Positions 14,445 to 26,519 of a stretch of 64,000 nt of DNA are shown piece by piece; the stretch's first letter is position 1, and each line of letters starts with the position of its first letter. The notes beneath the pieces were generated by a model. The model was not told the DNA's origin and made no database searches. It saw only the letters and a list, made by a program, of their open reading frames with translations. The stretch is from positions 6,913,579-6,977,578 of the forward strand of contig CM082593.2 in NCBI GenBank assembly GCA_040954595.2, written 5' to 3'. Both the position numbers and the translations under genes were made by a program. The DNA comes from Balanoglossus misakiensis (lineage: Eukaryota > Animalia > Hemichordata).

Positions 14445-14641
14445 TTCTGATCAGAAATGTTTAGGAAATATCAAAATTTTTACTAATATTTGAACATTTG
14501 AGAACAGAATTTGCTTTCAATAAATTGCTACAGTGAGGCTTCTTCACTTCTGGTCAGAAATGTTTAAGAAATATCAAAAATTTTACTAATATTTGAACAT
14601 TTCTGGACAGAATTTGCTTTCAGTATTGCTACAGTGAGGCT
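14445..14641. repeat. Two-copy ~100-bp tandem duplication
   Basis: TTCTG(A/G)TCAGAAATGTTTA...ACTAATATTTGAACATTT...ATTGCTACAGTGAGGCT occurs at 14445 and again at 14548. Confidence 0.85.
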
Positions 14642-14777
14642 GGTAAAGTTTCTATCGAGGATCGACTGAATGACTGCTTTTATGCTTGTTGCAGGCATTT
14701 ATGTGTGAGAGTATTTCAGGAAAAGATTTACAGTTAATTTTCTGATGTTGACACAAACAAGAATATTCCTCATCAGT

Positions 14778-14811
14778 TGTGTGTGTGCATGTGTGTGTGA
14801 GTGTGTGTGTG
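14778..14811. repeat. Imperfect (TG)n microsatellite
   Basis: tgtgtgtgtgcatgtgtgtgtgagtgtgtgtgtg. Confidence 0.7.
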
Positions 14812-15706
14812 TTTTGATGCATAGTTTAAAGATGTTGACAACATCAGTAACAACAATCTTCAAGCATGTGCCCGATCAATGCACTCAGAGATAAAGACTC
14901 CTCACGGCTTCTCAGGTTCAAAACAGGTTCTGAACGCGTGAATACACAAGGTGATGGCGCAGATCGAGCTTAATAATGGATTTCCAGCTGTGCCGCGATA
15001 ATACCCCACCATTGACATTCTCGTTGCGCTTATTACAACTAGCAAAGTTCAACAACCGATGACAAAGTCCGACATGAAGGGGAAAAAAATTCCACGCGCG
15101 TGTAAGAACTTATATCCTTGTACTGTGTCCAAATTCTTCACAAATCATATCACGAATAACGATTCTGATGCAATAACTGACCTTCAATATAAAATTTTGA
15201 CCACCCACACGACACGTATATAATTACGTGAGAACGATTAGGCAGTAAAAAAGGCAACAGAGAACTACTGTTAAAATTACTGAAACCTCCCCTGATGACA
15301 ATAAATGTGACAAATAATACGAACTAATTTGCATATTAACATTGTACACTGTAACAATTGAATGCAAATGAGCTTTCACTTCCAGTGTTCTAACATTATG
15401 CCTTAATAATAATGGTCCAAAATATTTACATAACACTTTGTTGGTTTTTTTAACTGAACAGAAAGTCAATAGACACGGGGAAATTGGCCCATTTTTGCTA
15501 CTTGCGTAATCTATACTGGTTTAATACATAAGTGTATTATCAGCATATAATTGATTGACTTTGCACAAATTAACTCTATTGTTTAGTCTAGAGTATTATT
15601 GATCAACAAATCCATCATATCTGTGTGCATCTGTTCACACGTTTTACTGAGTATGTGCGAAACAAAAACAGTATACTCAGAGGTGATAACGATTTCCATG
15701 GAAGTA

Positions 15707-15800
15707 ATTTACAAGTGAAAAGAGTGTGTGTTTTTTTGCTCACGAGATTTACAAGTTGAAAGAGGGTTTTTTTAGCTCACGTGATTTACAAGTGAAAAGA
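15707..15800. repeat. ~38-bp minisatellite, about 2.5 copies
   Basis: ATTTACAAGT(T)GAAA..GAG..TTTTTT(A)GCTCACG is repeated; ATTTACAAGT recurs three times. Confidence 0.7.
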
Positions 15801-18800
15801 TCAAGTGACTGTTCGAGTCGAGACAGAAAACTCTCAAGTCTGATTTTCAGAAAAAATGTCAACACTTTTTGATCCACTCATTCATTTTTAGCTATAATAA
15901 GTTGGTCTGGAACCACTTTGAAAAATAACAGTGAATTTTAGCAATTTTCAATAAAATGTGACTTTTTACGTATCTACTAGTAGTTGACAATGACTCAGAA
16001 ATGCTTAGTACAGTGAGTTGATATCCAATGATGTGGTTTCCTTAATCAAAACATTTCCACTTCATCCTCTGATTTTCTTGTGTAGTATTATTCAAGAGAG
16101 AACTATGCAAATTATGTATTGCAATACATGACAGAATTTTATTTCAATGGTGTCCTAAAATGACCAGGAAGTTGTGAGAAAACGTAATTTAGCCGACATC
16201 ACAAACATATGTTTTTTTCTTTCAAATGTTTCTGTGTGACACAAAAAGAAAACGCATTAAAATCTCAAAAGATGTAATGCTGAAAGACTTCACTTTAAGT
16301 ATTATGCATATCAACGCAATAAAGAAGTGATATGTCGCAAAAATATGAAGATTTGATATGAAAAAAATTCAGTAATCTTTGAATTTTCGTTCTGCTGTTG
16401 TCGTGATCATTTTCCAGTATCATAATTATTATATGTTCTACGTCTAATATGACCACCAACTTAAAGAACAACTACACAGTGCCACGTCATTTGTGGTGTT
16501 TCTTGTCTCACTGTGATAATTTCCACGATCAGCATCAATTTGTTGTCACGGTCAGGTTTGGTAGTTAAAATGCTAGACTTCTGTTGATGTTTATTTTCAT
16601 GTGGTTCAAATGAAAATTAATCACTCAATTTCATAATGCGACATTGCCAATACCGGTATCATATGGTGTTTTTTTTTTAAAACAGATAATGAGTGTCTTG
16701 AAAAACATGACATACGTAAGGATTCATTTAATAACGTGTAGGCTTAATTAGAAGTGTAGGTTTACCTAAATAGATCATTAACCTTTCAGGAGATTTCTAT
16801 GTTTCCATATTCTTATACTACCGTCTTATTAAGAGTTAAAGAGCGTAGGGTGGACATGATGTACATTATCCTTGAGGCACAACTCAGTCCGCTCTCCGAA
16901 TACTAATAACTGGTCAAGGGCATCTGCCCTGCTTACGCGAAATTCAGAGATTATGAAATGGGGATGACACTCGAAGTAAACAACTGCTGTGGCAAGATTT
17001 ATATCGCGCCAAAAATAAAATCTGCCAGAGAGTAACGTTTTGCACCCATAACATAATCCTTTGTTACACTGTATTGATTTTTTTAGCGACAAGCGCCTGT
17101 ATAAATCTTTCCAGGGGGTCCCACTACATCAAAGTGTGCGACTTTGTGTGACCTTTTCGCTTGTCTTCACACTAGAGATGTTCCAACAGTCACGATTGCG
17201 GGGCAGAAATGGATACTTGAGTTTCCCTTGATACGGATGTGCCCTAGTTTCCGTCAAAATCTGATTCATCACGTATGGCTGAGTTGGTTTTGAAAGCACC
17301 CCCCCCCTCCTAAGAAAATCAATTTTTTTTTGCGCTAAGTAAATTTTTCCCTGTTGATCAATATGATTGATGTGGGTCTCTTTGTCAAGTTCGTTTCAAT
17401 ACATTTTGCTTGAAGGGATTCAGTGAGGATGTTATGATTTATTGGCCGGCCTGGCAACTTTTCCATAATTTATCCTCGCTTATACTGAACTAACCAGGGT
17501 ACAGAATGACTTCAATTATTTTTATCAGCCGGTGTCGTTTTACTTGCATCAGACACACACAGTCTTTCATGGTTATACATCCACCGTTAAATTTTGCAAA
17601 AATATTATAAAAGTTTTATAATATTTTTGCATCAAAATAATGCATTGTTCTTTCCTGGTACGGTTATAATAGCCCCCTTTAGCCACCCACATACACGCAC
17701 ACACATGCACATGCACAAAAAAAAAAAAAAAAAAAAACTTTGCCAGTATTCAACTTGATCTGGTTACAACATTTAATCAACATTTTTTTTAAATACAAAA
17801 TTTAAAATTTAGGCCAGTACAGCGTTCTAACGTGAAAAAGAAACGGGAAAATTGACAAATGTGGAAGTATAAAACTTGAGATAATACGTCTCAGATATTT
17901 GATATATGCACTGGCTCAGTTCCTGTAAGTACTATATATAACGTCTAATCATCCTGCTATCAAACTGTGTGCGACTTTTGATAGCGCACAAGTGAGATTT
18001 CCTGCTGGAACTGTAGAAAATACGTGTTAAGCAGCGCGACTCCTATTGGCTGTGGCCCCACCGCGCTCGAGAAGTGGTTCAGACAGATTTCTGCACGCTT
18101 CATTTTGTCTTACAAATATCTGCCATGCTGTGCTGGAGAGTGTCTCTGATTTCTATTTCAATTTTCACCGAAACAAAAACGACTCGCTAATTTACAGAAA
18201 TCTGTCTGAACAACACCAGGGGTTCAACAGCTGGACTGCTCCAACACAACTTCCAAAATCTGAATAATTTTCATATTTTAAAGTTCATTTATATTTATCA
18301 CTGATCACCTTTCTGTTAAAAATAGACAAATATAACAAAAGCATTTTGTCTGAGGTGAGGTGAACTGTACAGATTAAAAAATTTAGTATTACTACTAGTT
18401 ACATTAAAAGGCGGTGTGTTTTGTTCGTAAAAAGCACAATTTGTGAAAGTTGCATTGATGAAAAATGTTGAGCTTTGTTGCACATGGAAACTTCCAACAT
18501 ACAAAAATAAATACAATTTCTTCAAAAAAACTGCACATTGTTTACATGAAAAGTCAACAATAAATAAACATTCATACAATTGCCATATAAAAATAGGAAG
18601 TAGGCAGTGGAGAAATATTTGGACTTTGGTTAAAAAAACCCAGCCATGCATTGTTGTACAGGAACTTTACATACAGTTTGTGTCTGTGGATATATCATAC
18701 CCACCACATTGCCATTAGATGCGTCTTGCTGTCGAAATCTGGGTATAAAATTTCCAATATTACATGTCACCAAATACTTAAAACCATGCAATAAATGTTA

Positions 18801-19840
18801 CCTACTCATTTGATTGAAAGAGTTCATGAGAAAACTAGCAAGTGCAGCATTTTGCATGAAAAAATTACAAATTTGATATTCATCTGTAATGTGATTAATG
18901 AGCATACAATTTTATGGCGAGTGCTATAAATTGTTTTAATGGGGGTAACATAATACCATTAGATAATCAGTTCAACCACTGGCATATATCCAGTTGCGTC
19001 ATTGTAGTTCTTTCCCAGGTTTTTAATAACCAGCCAAGCGGTCTTTAAATTTCATGTCCCAGACAACAACAGCGTTGAAGAAAGAAATGAATGCATATTA
19101 AATTTCTGTTGTAATGATGCATATTACCGATTCACGCAACAGAAATTTCTAGATCTTCAATCTAACAAAGGATGCCATTCTTTTGTCGTTCAGAGGAACA
19201 TTAAACATATTTTGTTCACTTGGCTTTGCTTCTATAATTTATTGTTAAAATCAACTGTGTCAATACCACAATGGAACACTTCCATGGTAGAATTAAAATC
19301 AACCAAGCCAAACAATTTATTTATTTGCGGAGATCCTGTTTATGTGGGGATCTTACAGTAATACTGTTATTAGGGGGAATCAACGATAGCGGAAAACATC
19401 TGTCAGAGAATCCGATTAGAGTGGCAAAATCAATATTTCTCTAGCTCCCATTGACCACTGCTTTGTGAGCAAATTAGCTGTGTGAATTGAAGCCTCCAAG
19501 CCTTCAAACAAGGAGATTTTCACAAATAACTTTGTTCTCTCTACTATCCTCGGAACATGTGTTTGGTGTGGATCAACCTTGCAACAGACAAGGTCATACA
19601 TGGTCCAAGACTAAGATTTCAAAGCAACAGCCTTATGTACACATTGTCAAATTTGTTACTGTCAATCACAAACTTGTCACGTAAAAACAAATTCATCGGA
19701 ATTTTTAGTGACTTTTAAAATGAGCATTAGAATAACTGAGGAAATCCTGGTCTGTAAAACTGGAAAATAAATACATGTCTTAATACTGTTTGGGGGAAAC
19801 ATTACCTTGTTCAAAAGTTGATAAAATCTGAGATAAAAAG

Positions 19841-20578
19841 CTACAATTCGGGTGACCTGATGTAAGCATTTTCTTGTAATCTGCTTTGCACTGTCGTAGA
19901 CGGGTTCATATCTGAAAGATGGGGCCTCTTTCTCAAATGTCTTCCTTTGTTCTGTAAATGTGGTTGGCTGCGACTTCGCTGCAGTAACACCGAGCAGTGG
20001 TTCAGTTTGGGGGAGTGGGTGTCGGCACTGAGCGTCCGTCGGTGTCCGTGTTTCCGCTGTCTGCTGTGGAAACTCTCCGGGGCTTTGCTGGTGTCGGACG
20101 ACGACGACGATGACGAGGGAACCGTGTCCAGTTCCGTCTGGAACTCGGGCACGACGGGTCTCTTGCGGAACTGTTCGCGGATGGTGTACAGCCACTCTTC
20201 CCGGTTCTCCCAGCAGTCGGCGTGGAATTTGTACGACGTCGTCGCGTGTCCGGCGTTCGTCTTGGCGGCGATCTGGAAGCTGTACTCGTCCAGGGGCACG
20301 ATCTCGCAGCAGTCCGTGTGGACGCACCCCCGCGGCTGCTGCTTCTTGGCCTTCTCCGCGTACCACACCAGAAACGGCGACGAGTCGTTGGTGTACAGGT
20401 AGACCAGCACGCTCTTGGGCTTCTTGCGGTGCCTGCGCCAGGGCTCGTGGACGGTCATCTTCCCCTTCATGACCACCGCGCTCATCTGGCAACTGGTGTA
20501 AATGCTGTGCTGGTCCAGTTTCGGTCGCTGGGCGGCTTCCGCCCTCCGACCTTTCAGAAAGCGGGAGAGGAAACTCAT
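19841..20578 (-). CDS. PH-domain protein, single coding exon, 245 aa (MSFLSRFLK...SPEL)
   Basis: PH-fold pattern: VMKGKMTVHEPW...VLVYLY...FLVWY...PRGCVHT...YSFQI...SYKFHADCWENREEWLYTIRE (C-terminal helix Trp), followed by a Ser-rich tail. Acceptor polyY-TTACAG opens the exon at 20649 and the first in-frame ATG is at 20578. A probable non-coding exon 1 ends at donor CAG|GTACGT at 22087. Very strong G/C third-position bias. Confidence 0.8.
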   Translation of the reverse strand: MSFLSRFLKGRRAEAAQRPKLDQHSIYTSCQMSAVVMKGKMTVHEPWRRHRKKPKSVLVYLYTNDSSPFLVWYAEKAKKQQPRGCVHTDCCEIVPLDEYSFQIAAKTNAGHATTSYKFHADCWENREEWLYTIREQFRKRPVVPEFQTELDTVPSSSSSSSDTSKAPESFHSRQRKHGHRRTLSADTHSPKLNHCSVLLQRSRSQPHLQNKGRHLRKRPHLSDMNPSTTVQSRLQENAYIRSPEL

Positions 20579-20932
20579 CTCGACAAGGCGACCACCTTGG
20601 AGTCGAATTATTTGGGGAATTTTCACAGAAAACTTGATTGATGTAACATCTGTAACGGAAAAAAAAGGGAAGGGGTGAATGCCCGTCAAACCAACCACTG
20701 TGATATTCACGCAACTTTTTTGTGTTACTTCATTGAACGTCTTAACAAGTGATTTTATACACTAAACATTTCTTGATGGTGGGGGTAACAAAAGCATTCC
20801 TAAGACATCTCAAATAATAGGCACATACAAAACTTCTGAATAAAAGGAGTGGGTTGGGAATTTCTACCTTTCACAACCAAACATTGGTGTCAACATAACC
20901 CTTGAAAAAAAAAAAAACATTTGTATCTTTAA

Positions 20933-21415
20933 GGGGCATAATATACTCGGAATGGTTCAAAGTAACCTATTCTTTAAAGATGTAAACTGTAAAATAACTT
21001 GTGTTTAAACCAACAAATTTGCTAGAAATTACAGGCCAATACCAATGCTCTCTGTTATTGACAAGACAGAGTATTTTTGTTGTTGTTTATTTTTCCCTAT
21101 TAAATCTCTCTCATCTTGTATGTAAAATCCATCATTTCTGGTGGAAGCAAAAATTATCCATTTGATGGAAAATAAGATTTGAAGCTACAAAATATTCCTT
21201 AAAAACCCCATATCAAGCCCTGAATTACCTCTGTTTTCCATCTTTCTTATAAAATATGCCATCTCCACTCATGAAAGCAAAATGTAAGCAAAATGCTATA
21301 TTTGACATGCACAGTGCAGTTCCCAGTTTTCAAGGTGAAAATCAACTATTTCACGAATGTTATTCACGTTTTAAAGAGCGCCTACACAGATAATTCCCTT
21401 CGGTTTTATTAAACC
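20933..21415. mobile_element. Possible degenerate TTAA-flanked non-autonomous DNA element (Kolobok-like) in the PH gene intron
   Basis: TTAA|GGGGCATAATATACTCGGAA at the left end and TTCGGTTTTATTAAACC|TTAA at the right end; weak inverted similarity only. Confidence 0.3.
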
Positions 21416-23358
21416 TTAAAGTTTATGACGCTGTAAAAAATAAGGGGTTCTTAAATCATTTGAAATCGAGTACATAGTACGTTTCTTTATAACACAAATT
21501 TCGGTCATTTGACACAGATTGTACAGAATCTAGTTTTCAGATACGCACGTCATGAAATTTTTTGTGACAGCCCCCATCGATACCAAACTGAGGTCCGAAA
21601 CAGAAAGCTATGTACTACCCATGTTTCAAAATTAACAGAAAGTATGTACATGCACTATTGAGCACAGTTAACTGTGAGATTGTCGGCTGTCACCCACTGT
21701 GTCAACGAACTATTCCGGTTGACTTTCTCATCAACACGGTCACGACAGTGATCACCGCGGTACAAACGGACAACTGCATCCCTCATCAACAACTTGCATC
21801 TACAACTGTCCTGACGATGCTGTACACATTAAACATGTACCGTCGATGTAAGACAACGAAATTTCTCAAATATCACATGTCAGACTGTGGAGATTTCACC
21901 TCTGATACAATGATGACAGAAAACTGCAAAAAGTGAAAGGGGCGTCAAACGCCCCGGAAAACGTAAACAGCGACGCACTCCACACACGAACCAAAACAGT
22001 CTGCATGTTCGAGATGATTTCTAAAAATGTCGGCGCAGATGGCATGAAAATTGCATCCTTACTGAAGAGCTGGCGACTGTACGTACCTGGCGTTTTAAAT
22101 CGACATCGATGCGATGTGTTCCGAGCGAGAAATCAACACAAACATAACATGTCACACTGGCCACTGGTCGAGCTTGTTTGACGCAAGATGACCTGTGGCC
22201 GCATACAATATGCAAAATCCCCAGACTGTCGGCGTATTATTTCACGTGACCGATGCGTGTATATGTAAATACGCACGTAAACATGCAAATTTCAGTCCCC
22301 ACGAAATCCATGGAGATGACGCCCTCTAGCGTCTAAAAATATGATTACTTTCTCTCTAGTGCGTTGTGTGCAGCTAGTTTGTAGGGTAGAATAATAGAAA
22401 ATGCAACACATTTTCACAGCAAAAAGGAAACAACTGTTAATACTGGCCCTTATAAATAGATGAGCTGGTTAAGATTTCTAAAAGCACAAACCCACCAAGT
22501 ATCCCTAGGGCTCTCAGTCTCAGCTAGCTCAGCTAAGCTGCCAGCCTTTATCTTCATCTTTTAATTTACATGAAAAAATAACATCATAGATTGCAACATT
22601 GCTTTAAAAAGTATTGATTCAAATTTCTAGACATTTTTTTAATAAGGTAACTTAGTAGGGATCATTGACAATGTAAGGGTGCTGATGATTAATTTATTTT
22701 CCATTTTGTGTGGACTGGAGTCAAAAAAGGTTAAAGACGTTAGAATCATAATCTGGCAAGCCTAATCCTGTGCGTACTCTGCAAACAACAAAACTATGTA
22801 GGTAGGGCCTGTACAACCAACCAAAACTTGTCCAAAGTTTTTTGTCATTGTGCCAAATACTTTAGCAATTCTTGATGAAACATTCCGACTCCAAAAGGTT
22901 ATATTAGCTTAATCCTAGTCCAAATATTCTCATGAATGAAACTCAAAGTTCATTGCAACTTTTTCAGCTAATACGTGACCAAATTGTCTCAACTTTAGAC
23001 TTTAGAATTTTAGGTGCGACCACTGCATTCTTTATTGATTTACTATCTGATAGAGTTTATTTCTTGAAAAATATTTAAAAGGTGGTGTAAAGTTGCATTT
23101 CTCCCTTTTAGCCCTGAAAGTTAGGCAGAAATTTGATCGTGGACCAGCCTTGCAATGGAATGTCAAACACTCACACACCCAGTCCAGGGTAGTGTGGTTT
23201 CTATGCAGAGTTTCGGACACCAAAAGACTCAATGCGTGCTTGTGTATGCCCCTGAAACTAGAACATGTGGCGTATTGATTTCAGCCACTGCGAACTTTGA
23301 AACCGTGTCAAATTCTTCAACACTCAGCAGGTGTGTGTATATATGGCAAACCTAGTCA

Positions 23359-23375
23359 AGGTCATGGAAAGGTCA
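23359..23375 (+). promoter_or_regulatory. Perfect DR5 nuclear-receptor element, copy A
   Basis: AGGTCA-TGGAA-AGGTCA. Confidence 0.45.
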
Positions 23376-24393
23376 CTCCTGCATATCTGTGTGCCTAGCG
23401 TGTTGGTCGCCATGGAAATGACTAATGAAGCACCTCGGTTGATTGTGATTGTGTCTATTTAGTATTTAAGCTCAAAGAAAGGGGGCATTGAATGGTTTGA
23501 TTGCAATCCACTGATGAAATGCCGAGTTGCCCTGAAGCTTAACTGAGTCCGGTATCTTTAGACAAAGATGCCCTTGTTCTTGTAAGACACCAGAAAATGA
23601 TCCAATATATGATCTATAAATAACATAAATTTGCAACATACTTAAATTATTGATTCAAATTGTGGATATTTTTAAAAGGTAACTCATAATGAGCAGATGT
23701 TCCTGCATTGACAATATAATGGTGCTGATGATTAATTTATTTTCCATTTTTTGTGGACTGGAGTCAAAAAATGTTAAAGACGTTAAAATGATAATCTGGC
23801 AAGCCCAAACTTGTGCATACTCTGCAAACAACAAAACTATGCAGGTAGGGCATGTACAACTAACCACCACTTGTCCAAATTTTTTTGTCATTGTGCCAAA
23901 TACTTCACCAATTCTTCATGAAATGTACATTCCACCGACTCCAAAAGGTTAGCGTAAATCCTAGTTCAAATATTCTCATGAATGAAACTCAAAGTTCATT
24001 GCAACTTTTTTTCAGCTAATACGTGACCAAATTGTCTCAACTTTAGACTTTAGAATTTAAGGTGTGATTACTGCATTCTTTATCGATTTACAATCTGATA
24101 TAATTTATTTCTTGAAAAATAAAGATGGTGTGCTCCCTTTTAGCCCCAAAACTTCGTAAGAAATTTGATCGTGGACCAGCCTTGCAATGGAATGTCAAAC
24201 AGCTCACACCCTGTCCAGGGTAGTGTGTGGTTTCTATGCAGAGTTTCGGACACCAAAAGACTCAATGTTCATTTGTGCGCGCCCCTGAAACTAGAACATG
24301 TGGCGTATTGATTTCAGCCACAGCGAACTTTGAAACCGTGTCAAATTCTTCAACACTCAGCAGGTGTGTGTATATATATGGCAAACCTAGTCA

Positions 24394-24410
24394 AGGTCAT
24401 GGAAAGGTCA
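24394..24410 (+). promoter_or_regulatory. Perfect DR5 nuclear-receptor element, copy B
   Basis: AGGTCA-TGGAA-AGGTCA, identical to copy A. Confidence 0.45.
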
Positions 24411-26519
24411 GTCCTGCATATCTGTGTGCCTAGCGTATTGGTCGCCATGGAAATGACTAATGAAGCACCTCGGTTGATTGTGATTGTGTCTATTTAGTAT
24501 TTAAGCTTAAAGAAAGGGGGCATTGAATGGTTTGATTGCAATCCACTGATGAAATTCCGCATTGCCCTGAAGCTTAACTGAGTCCAGTATCTTTAGACAA
24601 AGATGCCCTTGTTCTTGTAAGACACCAGAAAACGATCCAATAAAGCCCCTATTGAAGGCAACTTTATGGGGGGGGGGAGTGACCAATCGTGTGTAGCACT
24701 GACTGTATGTGTGTAGGTCAGTGAGAGGTCAGAAATTAATGCAAACAATGGTAGTATAGACACAGTGCAGCAAGTGTCACTAATATTAACCATGATCATG
24801 CAGTGACTGCATGAACCATTTGTTACAAAAAGAGCATTTTCCTTCAAATTCACAATGCCCCCCCCCCCACCAGCATCACAATATAACAATTCTTATGGAT
24901 GCAAGTCCTAAATTAACTGAGAGAATCAGATGAAAAAAGCATTCACACTTGATAGAAACTATATGTTCTGCAAGAAGTTGTATCGAATTTAATTGTCACA
25001 ATATCCAACACTCATAATATAGTAAAATTTCTCAAAACATTGTCTAAAAAGGGTACTTGTCTCAAACTACATGTATAGCTAATATTCTTGGTGTGCTGAT
25101 AGAATGGTATATGGGTTTGTTATCCAACAACATTGTTTGGTGTTTCTAATCTTTAAAAAAAATTGAGAGTACAGAAACCTCCAACTGAAATTCAGAGAAT
25201 GAAAACAAAAATTCTTTTGTGCTTTGCTAAATAGGGCGCTCACAGAACTTCAAACAATTGAATTTGAAAGGTGGCTTGTAAACAAATAATCATCTTTTGA
25301 GTTCCAGCAATAGGTATGTACATACATCATTCAATGACTCCATTGTGTGACTCTTTAAGCGACAGGCCATGCAAGCCTTGTTTGTGGTTATCTGGCAGAG
25401 CTGTACTGATATATTACATCAGATTCAGGGTCACTCTTGTTTCCATGTCTGGCAGATGGCCAATGTATTGGAAACACTGATTTGAGAAGTCTGATTGAAG
25501 AAATCGAAGTTGAGGGCGCACTTTACAAAACCCACCGCGATGAAATCTTCAAGAGCAGAATACAGGGTTGCATAGGGATGGGCCTGATGTCATGACTTGT
25601 TATAGTAAGGTTTCAAGCATATTTCCACAAGTCTATGAACGAACACACTGTACATTCACCACACAAAAACAAACATAGACCAGATTCAAGTGTACTCATT
25701 GTACTGGTAACATGAAAGTGTATTTCCATTTATGTTGACAAATCAGAAATATTTTGATGTACATATTAATATTTGAAAAAAAAAAAGCAACAAAACCCAA
25801 GCTTGTATGAGTAAGTGCGTGGTATTTCAGGTGACACAATTTTGCAGGAAGATGCTCTAAAAATGCTTGTCTGTGATTTTACATTACAAAACTGCCATGG
25901 TAAAAAATGAACAGGGACATTTACATCTAATGCCTTTCCTGGTGGTTTCAGAGCTAACAAAGAAAGTATGCTGAAAAAAATACTGTTCATCTTCCTGATT
26001 CCAGAGCGCCCTCTATCGACAACTCTGCATCTGCACAAGGAAAGGGCCATACACAAGTCAGGTGCCAACCAATATGGCGGTTTCCCTTGATATAAATATT
26101 TGCCTTGTTGACAAAACTGTGTGCATATAACTGGCAAAACAACTTTACATACGTTAACGAAATTTCTACTGCTATGCTGACCTTTTTAAAAAAATCAAAG
26201 ACCACCACCGAAATTTGGTGAAAAAAATTAAATGGAGTGCTGCTTGAAACATCTGAATTAGTCTGTAAAAATGTGATAACAAATACTAGTACTGTTAAAG
26301 CAAAACAGTCATCCATGGCCATAAATCAGAAGAGTTGATTTTTTGCAATTAATCTCGTGAAACTGCTGAGATTTACCAACCCAATAAGCATAACATAGAA
26401 ATTGCATTCCCATAATATCCAGAGTAATCTATTCTAATAATTGGCAAGGCACGCTGTCTTCAACTCCACACCGACTTTCTCACTCGTCGCCCCTATGTTG
26501 CCATAGTGACTGAGTGATC

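Larger units (their letters stand above)
22577..24642. repeat. Direct tandem duplication of a ~1.04-kb non-coding unit (A ~22577-23607, B ~23618-24642)
   Basis: The two copies are colinear throughout, e.g. GCTGATGATTAATTTATTTTCCATT, AACTCAAAGTTCATTGCAAC, GAAACTAGAACATGTGGCGTATTG, GACACCAGAAAA(T/C)GATCCAATA. The right halves are nearly identical; the left halves are more diverged. Confidence 0.93.

Noticed and set aside
11200-17700. Short ORFs in the SLC9B-PH intergenic region (e.g. 12117-12365, 12798-13088, 13165-13560, 16829-17092)
   Set aside because: No recognisable domains, no codon bias and no chain of phase-compatible exons; probably non-coding DNA and decayed repeats.
19677-20714. 345-aa alternative-frame ORF and three antisense ORFs overlapping the PH gene
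   Set aside because: Expected by-products of extreme GC3 (few off-frame stops). Low-complexity R/G/P/Q composition and no recognisable domain.
23032-24433. Paired similar ORFs (SMQSFGHQKTQC...ATANFETVSNSSTLSRCVYI)
   Set aside because: The similarity comes from the DNA-level duplication. Indels between the copies shift frame, arguing against coding constraint.
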